Origin: an uncultured Actinomycetes bacterium
GTDB lineage: Bacteria > Actinomycetota > Actinomycetes > S36-B12
DNA: 57,069 nt
Assembly: GCA_903832025.1 (NCBI GenBank)
Contig: CAIKZY010000162.1
Coordinates: forward strand, 1-57,069
Direction: 5' to 3'
Program-made: the position numbers and the translations under genes
Notes under the pieces: model-generated
What the model was told of the DNA's origin: nothing
Database searches by the model: none
The model's input: only the letters and a program-made list of their open reading frames with translations
Shown here: in pieces, positions 55,742 to 57,069 of the stretch
How positions within the stretch are numbered: position 1 is the first letter of the stretch
Layout of the letters: each line of letters opens with the position of its first letter

Positions 55742-55829
55742 GGCGAGGTGGCAGAGCGGCCGATTGCAGGCGCCTTGAAAGCGCCCGAGGGGAAACTCTC
55801 CGGGGGTTCAAATCCCTCCCTCGCCGCCA
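55742..55829 (+). tRNA. tRNA-Ser (anticodon UGA)
   Basis: Acceptor stem GGCGAGG/CCTCGCC with discriminator G and an encoded CCA. Anticodon stem GGCGC/GCGCC with loop CT-TGA-AA. Long variable arm (CGAGGGGAAACTCTCCGG). T-arm GGGGGTTCAAATCCCTC. 88 nt. Confidence 0.9.
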
Positions 55830-55838
55830 GGAGTCGCG

Positions 55839-56297
55839 GTGGCGATGAGTCAGTGGGTTCGGCTCATCGCCATCGACCTCGTGGTCATTCTCTTGTGGTC
55901 GGTGGCAGTGGGAGCCAGTGCGCCCTATTGGCCAAGTCGCTGGCTGGTCACGGACAGATTTCCCCTTCGCCTGACGCGGTGGGACTCGGTGTCGCTGTAT
56001 CGATCGGTCGGGATCATTGCGCTCAAGGACCACCTGCCAGAGGCCGGTGCGATGTTTGGTGGGCAGTCCAAGCGCTCGCTGCGTGGCACTGATGCGGCAG
56101 CCCTGCGCGTCTACCTGACTGAAGTGCGCCGTGCTGAGTGGGTGCACTGGATTTCGATGGCGAGCTGGATCCCACTGGTCTGGTTCAATCCATGGCCACT
56201 AACTGCGGCATTTGCCATCGTGGTGATTGGCGTCAACGTGCCATTCATTCTCACTGTTCGCTTCAACCGCATTCGCTTGCTCCGCCTCGTGCGCTGA
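55839..56297 (+). CDS. Small membrane protein of the glycosyl-4,4'-diaponeurosporenoate acyltransferase (CrtO-like) family
   Basis: LPEAGAMFGGQSKRSL ... YLTEVRRAEWVHW ... NVPFILTVRFNRIRL matches my recollection of the family core (ETrRAE..HW ... QRYNR.R). 3-4 TM segments. Confidence 0.6.
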   Translation: MAMSQWVRLIAIDLVVILLWSVAVGASAPYWPSRWLVTDRFPLRLTRWDSVSLYRSVGIIALKDHLPEAGAMFGGQSKRSLRGTDAAALRVYLTEVRRAEWVHWISMASWIPLVWFNPWPLTAAFAIVVIGVNVPFILTVRFNRIRLLRLVR

Positions 56298-56389
56298 GTG
56301 AGCCCGCGCGCTGTCGCAAGCATGCCACGCTTGACCTGTCTGGTGCCGGCCCGTTCAGTGCAGGCCCGTTGGACGCATTCGCCAGCGAG

Positions 56390-57069
56390 TTAGCCTGCCA
56401 GCGAGCTGATGTCGATCACGAAGCGATAGCGCACGTCAGAGGCAACCACACGATCCCAGGCCGCGTTGATCTGTGGAGCATCGATGACCTCAATGTCGCT
56501 GACGATGCCGTGGCTGCCGCAGAAGTCGAGCATCTCCTGCGTGGCGGCAATGCCACCGATGCTCGATCCGTTGATGCTGCGGCGCTGATCGACCAGGGAG
56601 AACGTTCGAATCGACAGCGGTTTGCTGGGCAGTCCGACCAGCGTCATCACCCCGTCGAGGTCCAGCAGGGACAGGAAGTGGTTGAGATCAACGTCTGCTG
56701 ACACGGTGTTGATGATGAGATCCATGCTGCGCACGGCAGCTTTCATCGATGCCCGATCCGCGGAGTTCACGAAGGACGTCGCACCAAGTCGTTCGGCATC
56801 GGCAGCCTTGGCCGGCGAGTGGGAAATCATCGTGACGTGTGCGCCCATGGCGGCCGCCAGCTTGACTCCCATATGCCCGAGTCCGCCCAAGCCCATCACG
56901 CCCACGCGAGTGCCCGGGCCAACACCCCACTTGCGTAGCGGTGTCCACATCGTGATGCCGGCGCACAGCAAGGGGGCGGCAGCATCCAGTGGCAGCGCAT
57001 CGGGAAGTCGCAGCACGAAGTGCTCGGTGCACACGATGTAGGTGGAGTAGCCCCCGTACGTCTGGGTGA
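56390..57069 (-). CDS. Zn-dependent NAD(P) alcohol dehydrogenase (CAD/YahK-like), N-terminally truncated by the window edge
   Basis: PLLCAGITMWTPL and VGVMGLGGLGHMGVKLAAAMGAHV. The frame stays open to the right edge (..TQTYGGYSTYIVCTEHFVL). Confidence 0.88.
   Translation of the reverse strand, partial: TQTYGGYSTYIVCTEHFVLRLPDALPLDAAAPLLCAGITMWTPLRKWGVGPGTRVGVMGLGGLGHMGVKLAAAMGAHVTMISHSPAKAADAERLGATSFVNSADRASMKAAVRSMDLIINTVSADVDLNHFLSLLDLDGVMTLVGLPSKPLSIRTFSLVDQRRSINGSSIGGIAATQEMLDFCGSHGIVSDIEVIDAPQINAAWDRVVASDVRYRFVIDISSLAG

Noticed and set aside
1-57069. Scan for CRISPR arrays, rRNA genes, integrons, prophage or integrase genes
   Set aside because: No regularly spaced direct repeats, no rRNA-like conserved stretches and no integrase, recombinase or phage structural motifs appear in any listed ORF. 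Only the two short tandem repeats reported were seen.
55742-57069. Genomic island integrated at tRNA-Ser
   Set aside because: No integrase gene and no visible duplication of the tRNA 3' end within the remaining 1.2 kb. The downstream genes (a small acyltransferase and an ADH) are ordinary. The window ends too soon to exclude it fully.

Overview
High-GC (about 60% by eye) chromosomal segment that looks actinobacterial. The evidence is a DUF5926/SEC-C protein, DUF4446-pheA synteny, serS, a c-di-AMP riboswitch ahead of an NlpC/P60 hydrolase, and GTG starts with ATGA/TGATG translational coupling. All family calls come from motif recognition by eye on the supplied translations; no searches were run.

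Housekeeping genes present: an FAD oxidase, pheA, apt, serS, qor, moeA, a trpB2-type gene, a nucleosidase, tRNA-Ser(UGA) and a truncated Zn-ADH.

These flank a large cell-envelope glycan locus (about 13.4-36.3 kb) lying between pheA-rmlB-rmlD and apt/serS. It holds GT2, GT4, GT25 and GT26 glycosyltransferases, a small phosphoglycosyl transferase, a Wzy/ligase-like protein, a fused ABC exporter, an ABC-2 (Wzm/TagG-like) permease with no partner ATPase, a WbdD-like methyltransferase-kinase, a methyltransferase, a sulfotransferase-like protein and an ATP-grasp enzyme. A second small glycan locus (GT11, CgeB-like, GT4) sits at 41-44.4 kb.

The most unusual content is a translationally coupled trio at 19.8-22.7 kb: a PqqD-like peptide-binding (RRE) protein, an HPr-kinase-related P-loop protein and a PF14907-type nucleotidyltransferase. 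It is wedged between a GT4 gene and the orphan Wzm permease, with no recognisable RiPP precursor, cyclase or protease nearby.

Other notable items:
- an ApbE (flavin transferase) / ferric-reductase-like di-haem operon whose only candidate flavinylation target is a non-canonical SGAT motif in a coiled-coil anchored protein carrying a 15-bp tandem repeat
- a frameshift-split GT-C-like membrane gene
- an unassignable 0.8 kb divergent region
- an IS3-family edge at the left border

No CRISPR array, rRNA or prophage signature was seen.
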